A model generated the notes under the pieces. That model was given only the letters and a program-made list of their open reading frames with translations. It was not told the DNA's origin and searched no databases. DNA of 35,280 bases from Gemmataceae bacterium (GTDB taxonomy: Bacteria > Planctomycetota > Planctomycetia > Gemmatales > Gemmataceae), in assembly GCA_035307785.1 (NCBI GenBank), contig DATGHS010000223.1:1-35280 (forward strand). The letters run 5' to 3'. Positions within the stretch are counted from its first letter, which is position 1. Each line of letters starts with the position of its first letter. Shown in pieces: positions 9,215-18,648 of the stretch. Both the position numbers and the translations under genes were made by a program.

Positions 9215-9466
9215 ATGGCTCACAAGAAAGGCCAAGGCTCGACGCGGAATGGTCGCGATTCGAATGCCCAACGGCTCGGCATCAAGCGCTACGGCGGCGA
9301 AGCAGTGACGATCGGCTGCATTCTGATTCGCCAGCACGGCACGAAGTGGCATGCGGGCCGCGGCGTCAAGCGCGCGAAGGACGACACGCTGTTCGCAATT
9401 GCCGATGGCGTCGTGACGTTTGACCAGGGCGGACGACGAGTCAATGTGGTGCCGGCCGCAGGTTAG
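9215..9466 (+). CDS. rpmA: 50S ribosomal protein L27
   Basis: [29 protein letters not shown]... is the canonical L27 N-terminus. ORF track begins 2 codons earlier (9209). Confidence 0.9.
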   Translation: MAHKKGQGSTRNGRDSNAQRLGIKRYGGEAVTIGCILIRQHGTKWHAGRGVKRAKDDTLFAIADGVVTFDQGGRRVNVVPAAG

Positions 9467-9483
9467 CCATGCACATTAGCAGG

Positions 9484-10686
9484 CTAAGCTCCATACTTCG
9501 CCAATCTCTGCGCGTGCGCTAGCGCCAGCGTCATCAAATACATGGCCTGGAACTGGCCCAACCCACCTTGCAAGCATGCGCGCTCCGTGAATTCCGTAAC
9601 CGCATCCGTGCGGGCGAATTTCGACCACAGCAATACCGGCACCGGATGCCAGCTGTGCGTCTTCAGCTTGCTCGGCGTACTGTGGTCACCGGTGACGATC
9701 AGCACATCCGGTTTCAAATTGCGAATCGCCGGTATCGCCTTGTCTAACTCTTCGATCTTCTTCACCTTCTCCGCAAAAGCGCCGTCTTCGCCGGTCTTGT
9801 CGGTGTACTTGTAGTGCAGGAAGAAGAAGGTGTATTGGTGCCAGACTCTCTTTAGCGTATCGAGCTGATCCTGGAGTGAAGTTACCGGCAGCACGTTCAT
9901 GCCGACCAAGCGGGCGAGTCCACGGTACATCGGGTAGACCGCAATTGCGGCGCACTTCAAGCCGTATACGTCCTGCATGGTCTGAATCTTGGGGTAGCGA
10001 GCGAACCCGCGCAAGGTGATGCCGTTCGTCGGCGCGTCGTTCTGCAGCACCTGGTCGGCCTTGGCCACGAATTGATTGGCCGCTTCGGCCGTCTTCTGCG
10101 ATGCCTCGTTGGCGCCATGTGCCGGGTGCGGAGCGACGCCGGTCATTTGTGGATCGGTGTCGTTCACGGCATCGCCCAGCCCGTCGCCGCGAAAGACAAG
10201 CACGAAGCGATGTTCGCTTACCGGTTCCACGAAGGTTTCGACGCCAGGGACGGTGATGCTCTTCATTTTCTGCGCCATCGCCTTACAGCATTCGGTGGTA
10301 GGCCGGCCGGCCCGGCGATCAGTGATTTTTCCGCTGGCATCGAGCGTGCAAAAGTTGCCGCGAATGGCGACGTCCTTCGGGCCAACCGCGAAATCGATGC
10401 CGAGCGCTTCGAGCACGCCGCGGCCAATGCGGTACTGAAGCGGGTCATAGCCGAACAGGCCCAGGTGCCCCGGACCACTGCCCGGCGTGATCCCGTGGAG
10501 TACCGGGATACTCAAGCCGCAGACGCCTTCTTTCGCCAGGGCATCAAGATTGGGCCGGCGGGCGGTTTCCAGCTCCGTGAGTCCGCCCGGCTCCATCGGC
10601 AAGCCGCCCAGGCCATCGGCCACCAACAGCACGATTTTGGTGCCGTTTTCCTCGTGCAATTCTTGAATGAGTGCATGAAGGTCCAT
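9484..10686 (-). CDS. apgM: Cofactor-independent phosphoglycerate mutase, archaeal-type (ApgM family)
   Basis: ORF 9484-10797. Start likely MDLHALIQEL at 10686. Motifs LLVADGLGG, metalloenzyme-superfamily VTGDHSTP. Confidence 0.8.
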   Translation of the reverse strand: MDLHALIQELHEENGTKIVLLVADGLGGLPMEPGGLTELETARRPNLDALAKEGVCGLSIPVLHGITPGSGPGHLGLFGYDPLQYRIGRGVLEALGIDFAVGPKDVAIRGNFCTLDASGKITDRRAGRPTTECCKAMAQKMKSITVPGVETFVEPVSEHRFVLVFRGDGLGDAVNDTDPQMTGVAPHPAHGANEASQKTAEAANQFVAKADQVLQNDAPTNGITLRGFARYPKIQTMQDVYGLKCAAIAVYPMYRGLARLVGMNVLPVTSLQDQLDTLKRVWHQYTFFFLHYKYTDKTGEDGAFAEKVKKIEELDKAIPAIRNLKPDVLIVTGDHSTPSKLKTHSWHPVPVLLWSKFARTDAVTEFTERACLQGGLGQFQAMYLMTLALAHAQRLAKYGA

Positions 10687-10843
10687 CGGTTCTCCTTTTG
10701 GTATTTCCGTGGTGGAGTTTACTGATCGCCAAGTGCGACGTACAGTTAACTGAAAGCCACGCTTCGGCTTTCGGAAGCCGGCCGGCATCCCGGCCAACCG
10801 GCATTCCTTCGCTCAACCATGTCCGGGAACGCGGGATATTCGC

Positions 10844-12373
10844 ATGCAATTGGCCGATGAATTGGTGGAATACAACTACCAAAACGCGCTTGCCGCTCCC
10901 GCCGACGCCTGGACGCTCCTGGCCGAGCTGCAGGCAAAGCATTGCCTGCCGCGCCCGCGGCTGGAGGCCCTGAAACGCAACCTCGATGCGGTTTGGAGCC
11001 AGGTGAAGGCGGAACGCGAGGCCGAGCCGAAGCCGGGGCAGCCGGAACTTCAGCCGGGCTTTATCGAACTGCCGCAGAAATACCTCGACAACCACCGCCG
11101 CAAAGGCGAGGCCAGCGAACTGGGCCGCATGTTGGCGCTGGCCGGCCGGCTGCAGAGCGAAGTGGACCGCGTGGTCGTTCTGGGAATTGGCGGTTCGTAT
11201 ATGGGAGCGCGCGCTTTCTTCGAAGCGCTGTGCCCGAGTTATCACAACGAACTTCCGCCCAAAGCGCGGGCCGGCAAGCCCCGGATTTATTTTGAAGGCA
11301 ATGGCTTCGACAACGACAGCATGCAGGACCTTCTCGACCTGTTCGAAAACACATGCGTGGATCCGGCTATCCGGGAAGAGCGCTGGGGCGCCATTGTCAT
11401 CAGCAAGTCGGGCGAAACGCTGGAAACCGCCGCGGCCTACCGCATCTTTCGGGCCGAAGCAATGAAGTTCTATGGCTCGCAGCCGGACAAATGGCGGCGC
11501 TATATCTTGCCGGTCACCGGCGCGAAGGGCGCCTTGCGGGACTTGGTGGAGGCCGAAGGCTATCCGGAAGGCGATGTGCTCACGATCCCAGACAATGTGG
11601 GAGGTCGCTATTCGGTATTCACGGCCGTCGGCCTTTTGCCGGCCGCCGTCATGGGGCTCGACATTCGCGCACTGCTGCTCGGCGCTGCGACGATGACCAA
11701 GCGCTTTCTGGAAGAGCCATTCGAGCGTAATCCGGTTCTCCAATTTGCGGCGGTTAATTATCTATTCAACGAAGAGTTGCACAAGCCGATCCGCGTCATG
11801 GCGGTCTGGTCGAAAAAGCTGGAGGCGCTTGGCTTCTGGTATGATCAGCTTCTGTCGGAATCGCTGGGCAAGCAAGGCCGCGGCGCCATGCCGCTCACCG
11901 CGGTAGAAACACGCGATCTGCACTCTCGTGGCCAGCAACACCAAGACGGCCCGCGCGACAAGTTCATCAATAATCTGGTCGTAAAGGCACCCAAGCACGC
12001 GCCCATTGCCATCGGCATGGCGGATCACAATGAAGACGCTTTGAATTCACTTTCTCGCAAGACTTATATCGATCTGGCTCAGGCAGCCCTCCAGGGAACC
12101 AGCCAGGCGTATGCCGAGGTCGCTCGGCCCACCGCTGATCTGATTCTGCCTGCGCTCAGCGAACATGCCCTCGGCCAGGTGATGCAGATGCTGATGCTTG
12201 CCACGGTGGTGGAAGGCCGGCTGATGGGCATGAACCCGTACGGCCAGCCCGGCGTGCAGGCATACAAGTACAAGATGCGCGAGATACTAAAGAGTAGTGA
12301 GAACAAATCGTCAGTTCCTGGGTTAAGCCCATCGAAATCGAGCGCTAATCTACGAGGAGAGTCGCCCCCATGA
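10844..12373 (+). CDS. pgi: Glucose-6-phosphate isomerase
   Basis: GIGGSYMGARA, ISKSGETLET, GGRYSVFTAVGLLP motifs of PGI. Low-complexity C-terminal tail (SSENKSSVPGLSPSKSS) is unusual. Confidence 0.88.
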   Translation: MQLADELVEYNYQNALAAPADAWTLLAELQAKHCLPRPRLEALKRNLDAVWSQVKAEREAEPKPGQPELQPGFIELPQKYLDNHRRKGEASELGRMLALAGRLQSEVDRVVVLGIGGSYMGARAFFEALCPSYHNELPPKARAGKPRIYFEGNGFDNDSMQDLLDLFENTCVDPAIREERWGAIVISKSGETLETAAAYRIFRAEAMKFYGSQPDKWRRYILPVTGAKGALRDLVEAEGYPEGDVLTIPDNVGGRYSVFTAVGLLPAAVMGLDIRALLLGAATMTKRFLEEPFERNPVLQFAAVNYLFNEELHKPIRVMAVWSKKLEALGFWYDQLLSESLGKQGRGAMPLTAVETRDLHSRGQQHQDGPRDKFINNLVVKAPKHAPIAIGMADHNEDALNSLSRKTYIDLAQAALQGTSQAYAEVARPTADLILPALSEHALGQVMQMLMLATVVEGRLMGMNPYGQPGVQAYKYKMREILKSSENKSSVPGLSPSKSSANLRGESPP

Positions 12374-12805
12374 AGGCCCTCCGAGTCTTCGAGAATGCAG
12401 GGCCCGGGACGTGGCGAACACTCTCTGTCGTCGGCTCCCCGGATCTCGTCGCGTAGTTAACCGAGCTTAAACAGGTCGTTCTGCCAGGGATCCATCCTGG
12501 CACCCTTTAACATATCCCCGCATCTTCCCACGCCAAAAACTCGCCTTTACACGCAAGTAGATTCTGTTATCCCCACCCCGCTTTCGTGGCGCACGGACTC
12601 GCAGCCGCGAATGCTCGATCACGGATGATCGCTTAGGGGAGAGGGGGGCTGGCCGGGGTGCAGTGGCCCATGCCGCGGATGCGGCAGCGCGTCTCAAGTT
12701 TGGGCCGTTGCCGATCCGCGTTGCGGGCCGCTGTACTCCGGCGCCTTTTCATTGCACGAAATCGACGTCATTTTAGTTGCTGCATGGGAATCAGGAGGAT
12801 CGCCC

Positions 12806-13357
12806 ATGTTTGCCGCCGTGCCTATTCTCGCCATCGTCTTGCTGACGGCTCCGTCAGCCGAGCCCGTGCCGGCCATCTCGGCGGAATACTGGCCGGCCTT
12901 AAAGACGGTCATGCAACAGCTGGCCTGCCAATGGCAAATACTTGATCCGCGCGAGGATCGCTTGTTGCGGCAAGAAGAATTGGCGGCCGATTTGAAGATT
13001 CTGCGCGGCCGGCATCGCGATTTGGCAGACGCACCGAATCTGTACGACTACGTCCGTTTCCCGGAAAAAGCACTGGCCGTGGATTGTCTTTCGTTCAACC
13101 GCGCCTATCGGCGCGTCATCGAAAAGCGCATCCCGCTGGAATCTGATCGGGCGGCGGCACTGAAAGAAATTCTGCGTGAGACCGATGAGCTATACAAGAT
13201 CTGGGATGCCGTACGCGATGCCCGCTGCGAAATCTATTACGTTCCGGTGCGCCGGCAGGCGCTCAAGCAACTACGCAATCTCATCGGGGCCGAAGCTTAT
13301 TACAGCGGCCAACTCCCACCGCATGTGCCGCTGTGGAGGTTTGAGGAGATCAAATAA
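12806..13357 (+). CDS. Secreted hypothetical protein
   Basis: AGGAGG (12794-12799) 6 nt upstream of ATG 12806. Signal peptide MFAAVPILAIVLLTAPSAEP. ORF track begins at 12752. Confidence 0.55.
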   Translation: MFAAVPILAIVLLTAPSAEPVPAISAEYWPALKTVMQQLACQWQILDPREDRLLRQEELAADLKILRGRHRDLADAPNLYDYVRFPEKALAVDCLSFNRAYRRVIEKRIPLESDRAAALKEILRETDELYKIWDAVRDARCEIYYVPVRRQALKQLRNLIGAEAYYSGQLPPHVPLWRFEEIK

Positions 13358-13424
13358 GTTTGTAGTGACCCGCTTTAGCGTGTCACCGCCTTGGGAGGAC
13401 CGCCTGAACGCGGTCACTACAAAC
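13358..13424. terminator. Bidirectional terminator-like 15-bp inverted repeat between convergent genes
   Basis: GTTTGTAGTGACCCGC (13358-13373) pairs with GCGGTCACTACAAAC (13410-13424). Lies exactly between stop 13357 (+) and stop 13429 (-). Confidence 0.5.
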
Positions 13425-13428
13425 CAAT

Positions 13429-13734
13429 TCAGATATCAATCTGCACTTCGTCGCCGACAATCTGCACTGGAAATGTCTGCACTCCCGAACTCGCCGGTGG
13501 GCAGCGATGGCTGCCGGTGGCCAGATCAAATCGGGCCGCGTGCCAAGGACAGGTCACTTCGCCGTTGGCGCAGGTTCCTTCATGCAACGGGGCACCGCGA
13601 TGGGTACACGTATCAGCGATGGCGAATACTTTCCCATCGACGTTGAACAGCGCAATCTTACGGCCGGCGACGTCGACTTGCCTCCCCTTACCGGGATGGA
13701 TTTCAGATAGCAATGCAACTTTGGTAAACGCCAT
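13429..13734 (-). CDS. Rieske-type [2Fe-2S] domain protein (NirD-like small Rieske ferredoxin)
   Basis: CTHRGAPLHEG ... CPWHAARFDLATG gives the CxH...CxxH Rieske ligands. 101 aa. Confidence 0.8.
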   Translation of the reverse strand: MAFTKVALLSEIHPGKGRQVDVAGRKIALFNVDGKVFAIADTCTHRGAPLHEGTCANGEVTCPWHAARFDLATGSHRCPPASSGVQTFPVQIVGDEVQIDI

Positions 13735-13777
13735 AACGATTCTCTTGGCGATTGAGGTCCGAAAACAATCGTGCCGG

Positions 13778-14263
13778 CTATTTCAGGATCTTCACTTCCA
13801 GGATGCCGTCGCGGCAGGAGTGCGTGACTTTCTCCGGCACCGGTGCGAACGGTAAGACGACTTCCTTCATGTACTTGCGCGAACCTTTTTCGGCGCTGAT
13901 TTTGAGCGTTTCACCAACCAATTCCACCTTTACATCTTCGCTGGCCACGCCAGGCATGTCGGCCACAATGCGAATCTGCTCGGCCTCTTCCACGATTTCA
14001 GTGCCGGAGGCATCGCCGGTCGGCGTGCCTGGGCGCCTAGCCGGATTGCCGATTTCGATGGTCAGGGCGGGCCGCTCCAGATCCGCCTTCACGGTGAGGC
14101 TATATATGCCGTGTAGGCCCGTGCCCTCCGGGAAGACGCCTTTGCGCACCCGCTGCACGCCGCTTTCGGCCAGCTGCTGCACGGAATTGACGACATGATG
14201 CAGATTCGACAGCAAGCCCTTGAGGGCTTCGTCGGACGTTGGTTTCATTGGTTCTGAAGACAT
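13778..14263 (-). CDS. Hsp20/alpha-crystallin family small heat-shock protein
   Basis: IVADMPGVASEDVKVELVGETLKISAEK...EVVLPF...DGILEVKILK is the classic ACD pattern. Confidence 0.85.
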   Translation of the reverse strand: MSSEPMKPTSDEALKGLLSNLHHVVNSVQQLAESGVQRVRKGVFPEGTGLHGIYSLTVKADLERPALTIEIGNPARRPGTPTGDASGTEIVEEAEQIRIVADMPGVASEDVKVELVGETLKISAEKGSRKYMKEVVLPFAPVPEKVTHSCRDGILEVKILK

Positions 14264-14311
14264 GATTTTTCCAATCCCGATAAAGAGCGAGCACGCCCTC
14301 GCGTAAGGCGG

Positions 14312-17300
14312 TTAACCGGATTTGCGGGCCATGCGCGAGGCGCTCAATAGCCCATTATGCGAAGAATAGGCCAGTTTGGAAGCGGGCGGGTAGGCCACGG
14401 CATTCAACTTGCCGCAATCGCTTTGAAGCGTGAGTTGCGGTTCGCCGTTTTCGAGCTTCCAAATGCGCACCGTACCATCCCAGCTACAGGAGGCAAGTTG
14501 CTTGCCGCTTGGAGAAAGCGACAGGCAGCGAATCGATTCGCGATGTCCGCTGAGCGTTTGAATTTCGCGACCGGAGGCCAAATCCCAGCGCTTGATGGTG
14601 GTGTCCCAGCTTGCCGAAAAGAGTGTCTGACCATCGGGGGCAAAGAGGACCGAGCTGACCGCCAGGCCATGACCCGTCATCGCGAGCAGTTCTTCGCCGG
14701 CGGCCTGATCCCAGAGTCGTGCGGTCTTGTCCCAACTGGCGGATGCCAATGTCAGCCCATTCGGCGCAAAGGCAAGCGAAGTCACCATCTTTTCGTGGCC
14801 GGAACAAACGGCGCGGGCGCGGCCGGTTGCCAAGTCCCAGAGCCGGATCGTGCGGTCCCAGCTTCCGGAGGCCAGCACTTTGCCGGATGGATGGAATGCC
14901 AGCGAAGTGACGGCCCCCTTGTGGCCGGTGAGCGTCGCACGTTCGGCCTTGTGCTCTATGTCCCAAAGCTTGATGGTCGAATCCCAGCTGGCCGAAGCAA
15001 GAGTCTGGCCGTCGGGAGCGAATGCCACGCTGGTCACTTCGCCAGTATGGCCGGGAAGCACGACTAAGAGTTCGCCGGACGCGATGTCCCAAATGCGAAC
15101 GGTCTGATCGGCGCTGCCGCTTGCCAGGAATAGGCCATCCGGGGAGAAGGCGAGCGAGTTCACGTCCCGGGTGTGCCCCTTCAACTGGCTCAGCTGCTTG
15201 CCAATCTCGGCATTCCAAAGGGAAACTACCTGATCATTGCCCGCCACAGCCAGCACGGTAGCGCGCGTCGACACCGGCACATTCCTCACGTCGCGCGAAA
15301 CGAGCGGCACGACATGCGTTTCCGACACGCTGCCGCCTGGCGGCATGTCTTCCGTAGGGACCATGTCGTTGAAGCGGGGGATCGGCCTGGCCGGAGTCAG
15401 TTCTAAATCCGAAACGGAAGGTGCGGTGGTCGCACTGCCTGTGGCTTCCTCAGCCGTCGCGCGCGGTCTTCCAGAATTCGCTTCCCAGAAGTAGATGATT
15501 CCATTTGCCCCGGCGGCAGCCACGGTCTTCCCGTCCGGGCTAAATGTCACAGCCGCAATATCGGTTGGAAGACCGGTCCATTCGAAGCGCGATTTGCCGG
15601 TGATCGAATGCCAAAGCTTGACCGAGCGATCGGCACCGGCAGAGGCCAACAACGAACCGGTGCCGGAAAACGCTACAGCCATGACCGGTCCTTTGTGGGC
15701 ATCGATATCCACCCATTCGGCGCCCGTGGCCACGTCCCACAATTTCAGCTGTCCATCGACGCCGCCGGTGGCGACGGCTTGACCTTCCGGCGACATCGCC
15801 AGGCAGCGAATTTCCCGGCCATGCGCGGCAATATGATGCTTCTCGCGCCAATTGGCAAGGTCGAAGATCCGCAACATGCCCATCCCGTCGCCCGTCGCCA
15901 GGCTCTTCCCTTCTTGCGCCGCCGCAATAGCGCGCACCGCAGAATCGTGGCCCAAGAGCGATCGGCGAAGTTGTCTTGTCTGCAAATCCCAGACTTTCAC
16001 CGAGCCGTCTTCGCTGCTGGTAATCAACACCTGTCCATCGGGCGGGAATGCCAGGCCGGTAACAGGCCCGCCGTGGCCCGGTAAGGCCATCATGTCCTGG
16101 CCATTGGTATTCTCCCAAAGGCAAACTTTGCCCGCGCTATCGGCGCTGGCCACGAGCCGGCCATCGAATGGAAATCCAACGGCTGTAACTTCGCTGCCGT
16201 GGCCCTGCAAGCGCGAGAGGATTTCCCCGCTGGCGGCATCCCAGAGAAGCACTTCATTGCCGGAGCCCGACGCCAGAAATTGACCATCGGGTGAATAGGT
16301 TAACGCCTTGATCGGCTTACTGGCAATTCTCGAAAGCACCGATGGTTGCGACGGCTTCGCCTGTAGCTTGCTGGACTTCGGGTCTAACTTCGGGACCGCT
16401 GACTTGCTCAACGCCGGCGCCGATTTTCTATCGGCAGCCAAACCGGGCATCTTCGAGGCAGGCAGGGCTGCCGGCGCCAAAGGCAGCGCGGGGCTGCTTG
16501 CCTTGGCTGGCGCGCTTGCCGCCGGTAGTTGCAGGTTCGCCTTCGATTCCGATTGTGGTAGGCCGGAGGGCTTCTCTTCACCGAGTTGAACCGCGATGTT
16601 ATTCAGCTGCCGGCCCGTGCCCAGGTCCCAAGTCTTGACCGTGTGATCGAGGCTGCACGAGGCCAGCCCGTGGCAATCCGGGGAAAAGGCGATCGACGTG
16701 ACCACGCCGCCGTGGCCTTGCAAGGTCGCGCGCAACTCGCCGCTTTCCGCGCTCCAGAGCTTGACCGTGCGATCCCAGCTGGCCGTCGCGAGATATCGTC
16801 CATCGCGGGAGAAGGCAACGGCGGTCACCTCGCCGCCATGTCCGCGCAACGTGGCGCGTTCCTTCCTGGTTTCCACGTCCCAGAGCCGAATGCTGTGATC
16901 AAGACTGCCGGACGCCAGAGTTTTCCCTTCCCGCGAGAAGGCGACGGAGGTAACGTCACCGTTGTGGCCTTTGAGAACTGCCGCGGTCTTGCCCGTGTTC
17001 ACGTCCCATAAGCGCACCGTTTTGTCCCAGCTGCCGCTGGCCAGCAGCAAGCCACTGGGTGCATAAGCTACCGAGGTGACCATCTGCTCGTGCCCCTCGA
17101 GGGCCCTTAATTCGGCGCGGTCTTTTAAATCCCACAGCCGGACGGTCTTGTCCCAGCCACAGCTGGCCAACCGCGACCCGTCGGGCGAAAACGCCAGCGC
17201 CGTAACTACGCCCGTGTGGCCTTTAAGCGTGGTCACCGCATCGCCGTCGGGAAGCCGCCACAGTCGCACGGTCTTGTCCCAACTGGCACTGGCGAGCGTG

Positions 17301-18607
17301 AGGCCGTCGTCGGCAAAAAGAACGCAACTCACCACCCCGCCGTGGCCGCTCAGCGTGAGCAATTCGTTGCCGCTGGCCGCATCCCACAATTTAATTGTTT
17401 TATCCCAGCTCGCCGTAGCTAGCGCTTTACCGTCGGCCGAAAACGACAACGAAGTGATGTCTCCAGAGTGGCTCGAACTGCTGACAATTCTTGGACGCGA
17501 GGCAGCCTGCTCCGCCACCAGCTCCCAGTCAAAGCGGCTGGCCTTCGGGTTTGGAAGGTCCTGGTCGTGTACCAAATCCAGCGCCGGAGGATCTGCTAGA
17601 GCTCCGCCGTCTTGTACCGCTGGCGGTATCGACTCGCCGGCTGGCAAGCCGGTTGCGACTACAACAGGCACAATCGACGTCTGCCCCTCGCGTGGAGGCG
17701 GCACGGTCTTCGGCGGGGTTACCGGAGGCGCTGGTGGCTGGGCCGGCTCCTCTTTTTGCCAAGGCTCTATTGGCGGCTTGGAGCCACCCGCATCAAAGTC
17801 GACTTCACTGCTGAGCTCGGCTGCCGGGGCCACCGAGTCGGACGGAGTAAACAGATTCACTTGTTGTTTTTGCAGAACGGTGGCCATGCCCAGCCATTGG
17901 GCGAGCGTGTGATATTGCACCGCGGCTGGTGATTGGGGGTTCATCGCGATCACCGCCTTGCCGGCCAGCAGCGCTTTCGGCACCTCTGCGTCATAGGGAA
18001 TGGTTTGCGGCAGAATATAACGGCCAAAGATATGCCGGAGATCCACGTCGAAGCCACGGCCCGCAGTCTCGCCCGGTGGCATGGTGAGGAGGATGCCGCG
18101 CATCTGCACCGCGCTTCCTTGCGACTGCATGGCCTTGATGAGCTGGAGAAACATCGGCAATGTCCGGTACGACATGGGCTCGGCCCGGATGATCAGCATC
18201 AAATTGTCGCTGAAGAAAATGAGCTTGCGGAGCAAGTCACCGGTGACGATGGGCGGCGAATCGATGACCAGCCAGCCGTAGCGCTGCGATGACGGGTGCC
18301 GCGACACCGTCTTGAGAAAATCGTCCATCGGCTGCGTGAAGGCAGCGCCGTCACTAGCCGGTTGGATCACGTCGAGGCCGGGGACAACGTTGCGCCAAAC
18401 CACGCCGTCGGCCGCGATGCCCAGTTCGCGAAGCTGCGCTTTATCGGCATGGAGGTGTAAATTGAGTGACGCGGCAACACTTCCCAAGGGATCGGTATCG
18501 ACCAACAAGACCGGAATGCCTGACAGAGCCGCGGCGGTGGACAGATTAATAGCCGTCGTGGTCTTTCCGACGCCGCCTTTCTGGCTGGCGATCAACAATT
18601 TTCGCAC
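14312..18607 (-). CDS. Giant ParA/MinD-family ATPase fused to three WD40 beta-propellers (ORF extends to 18748; GTG 18607 after GGGGAGG avoids a 100-nt overlap with the upstream gene)
   Basis: N-terminal deviant Walker A LLIASQKGGVGKTTTAINL, Walker B WLVIDSPP. Pro-rich linker, then three blocks of ~7 WD40 repeats (GH..V.S.AFSPDG..LAS.S.D.T..LWD) separated by Ala/Pro/Ser/Lys-rich linkers. 1431-1478 aa. Confidence 0.8.
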   Translation of the reverse strand: MRKLLIASQKGGVGKTTTAINLSTAAALSGIPVLLVDTDPLGSVAASLNLHLHADKAQLRELGIAADGVVWRNVVPGLDVIQPASDGAAFTQPMDDFLKTVSRHPSSQRYGWLVIDSPPIVTGDLLRKLIFFSDNLMLIIRAEPMSYRTLPMFLQLIKAMQSQGSAVQMRGILLTMPPGETAGRGFDVDLRHIFGRYILPQTIPYDAEVPKALLAGKAVIAMNPQSPAAVQYHTLAQWLGMATVLQKQQVNLFTPSDSVAPAAELSSEVDFDAGGSKPPIEPWQKEEPAQPPAPPVTPPKTVPPPREGQTSIVPVVVATGLPAGESIPPAVQDGGALADPPALDLVHDQDLPNPKASRFDWELVAEQAASRPRIVSSSSHSGDITSLSFSADGKALATASWDKTIKLWDAASGNELLTLSGHGGVVSCVLFADDGLTLASASWDKTVRLWRLPDGDAVTTLKGHTGVVTALAFSPDGSRLASCGWDKTVRLWDLKDRAELRALEGHEQMVTSVAYAPSGLLLASGSWDKTVRLWDVNTGKTAAVLKGHNGDVTSVAFSREGKTLASGSLDHSIRLWDVETRKERATLRGHGGEVTAVAFSRDGRYLATASWDRTVKLWSAESGELRATLQGHGGVVTSIAFSPDCHGLASCSLDHTVKTWDLGTGRQLNNIAVQLGEEKPSGLPQSESKANLQLPAASAPAKASSPALPLAPAALPASKMPGLAADRKSAPALSKSAVPKLDPKSSKLQAKPSQPSVLSRIASKPIKALTYSPDGQFLASGSGNEVLLWDAASGEILSRLQGHGSEVTAVGFPFDGRLVASADSAGKVCLWENTNGQDMMALPGHGGPVTGLAFPPDGQVLITSSEDGSVKVWDLQTRQLRRSLLGHDSAVRAIAAAQEGKSLATGDGMGMLRIFDLANWREKHHIAAHGREIRCLAMSPEGQAVATGGVDGQLKLWDVATGAEWVDIDAHKGPVMAVAFSGTGSLLASAGADRSVKLWHSITGKSRFEWTGLPTDIAAVTFSPDGKTVAAAGANGIIYFWEANSGRPRATAEEATGSATTAPSVSDLELTPARPIPRFNDMVPTEDMPPGGSVSETHVVPLVSRDVRNVPVSTRATVLAVAGNDQVVSLWNAEIGKQLSQLKGHTRDVNSLAFSPDGLFLASGSADQTVRIWDIASGELLVVLPGHTGEVTSVAFAPDGQTLASASWDSTIKLWDIEHKAERATLTGHKGAVTSLAFHPSGKVLASGSWDRTIRLWDLATGRARAVCSGHEKMVTSLAFAPNGLTLASASWDKTARLWDQAAGEELLAMTGHGLAVSSVLFAPDGQTLFSASWDTTIKRWDLASGREIQTLSGHRESIRCLSLSPSGKQLASCSWDGTVRIWKLENGEPQLTLQSDCGKLNAVAYPPASKLAYSSHNGLLSASRMARKSG

Positions 18608-18648
18608 GATCCAAACCTCCCCGGCCGGTAGGCGTTGCCGCACCCGGT

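Noticed and set aside
10544-11743. 399-aa ORF on the minus strand
   Set aside because: Antisense to pgi, which has unmistakable PGI motifs. Composition is Arg/Ala/Gly-rich junk typical of a high-GC antisense frame.
14357-15218. 236-aa (+) and 244-aa (-) ORFs inside the WD40 region
   Set aside because: They overlap the WD40-coding frame, which has periodic WD40 repeats. These are alternative-frame artefacts of a high-GC repeat gene.
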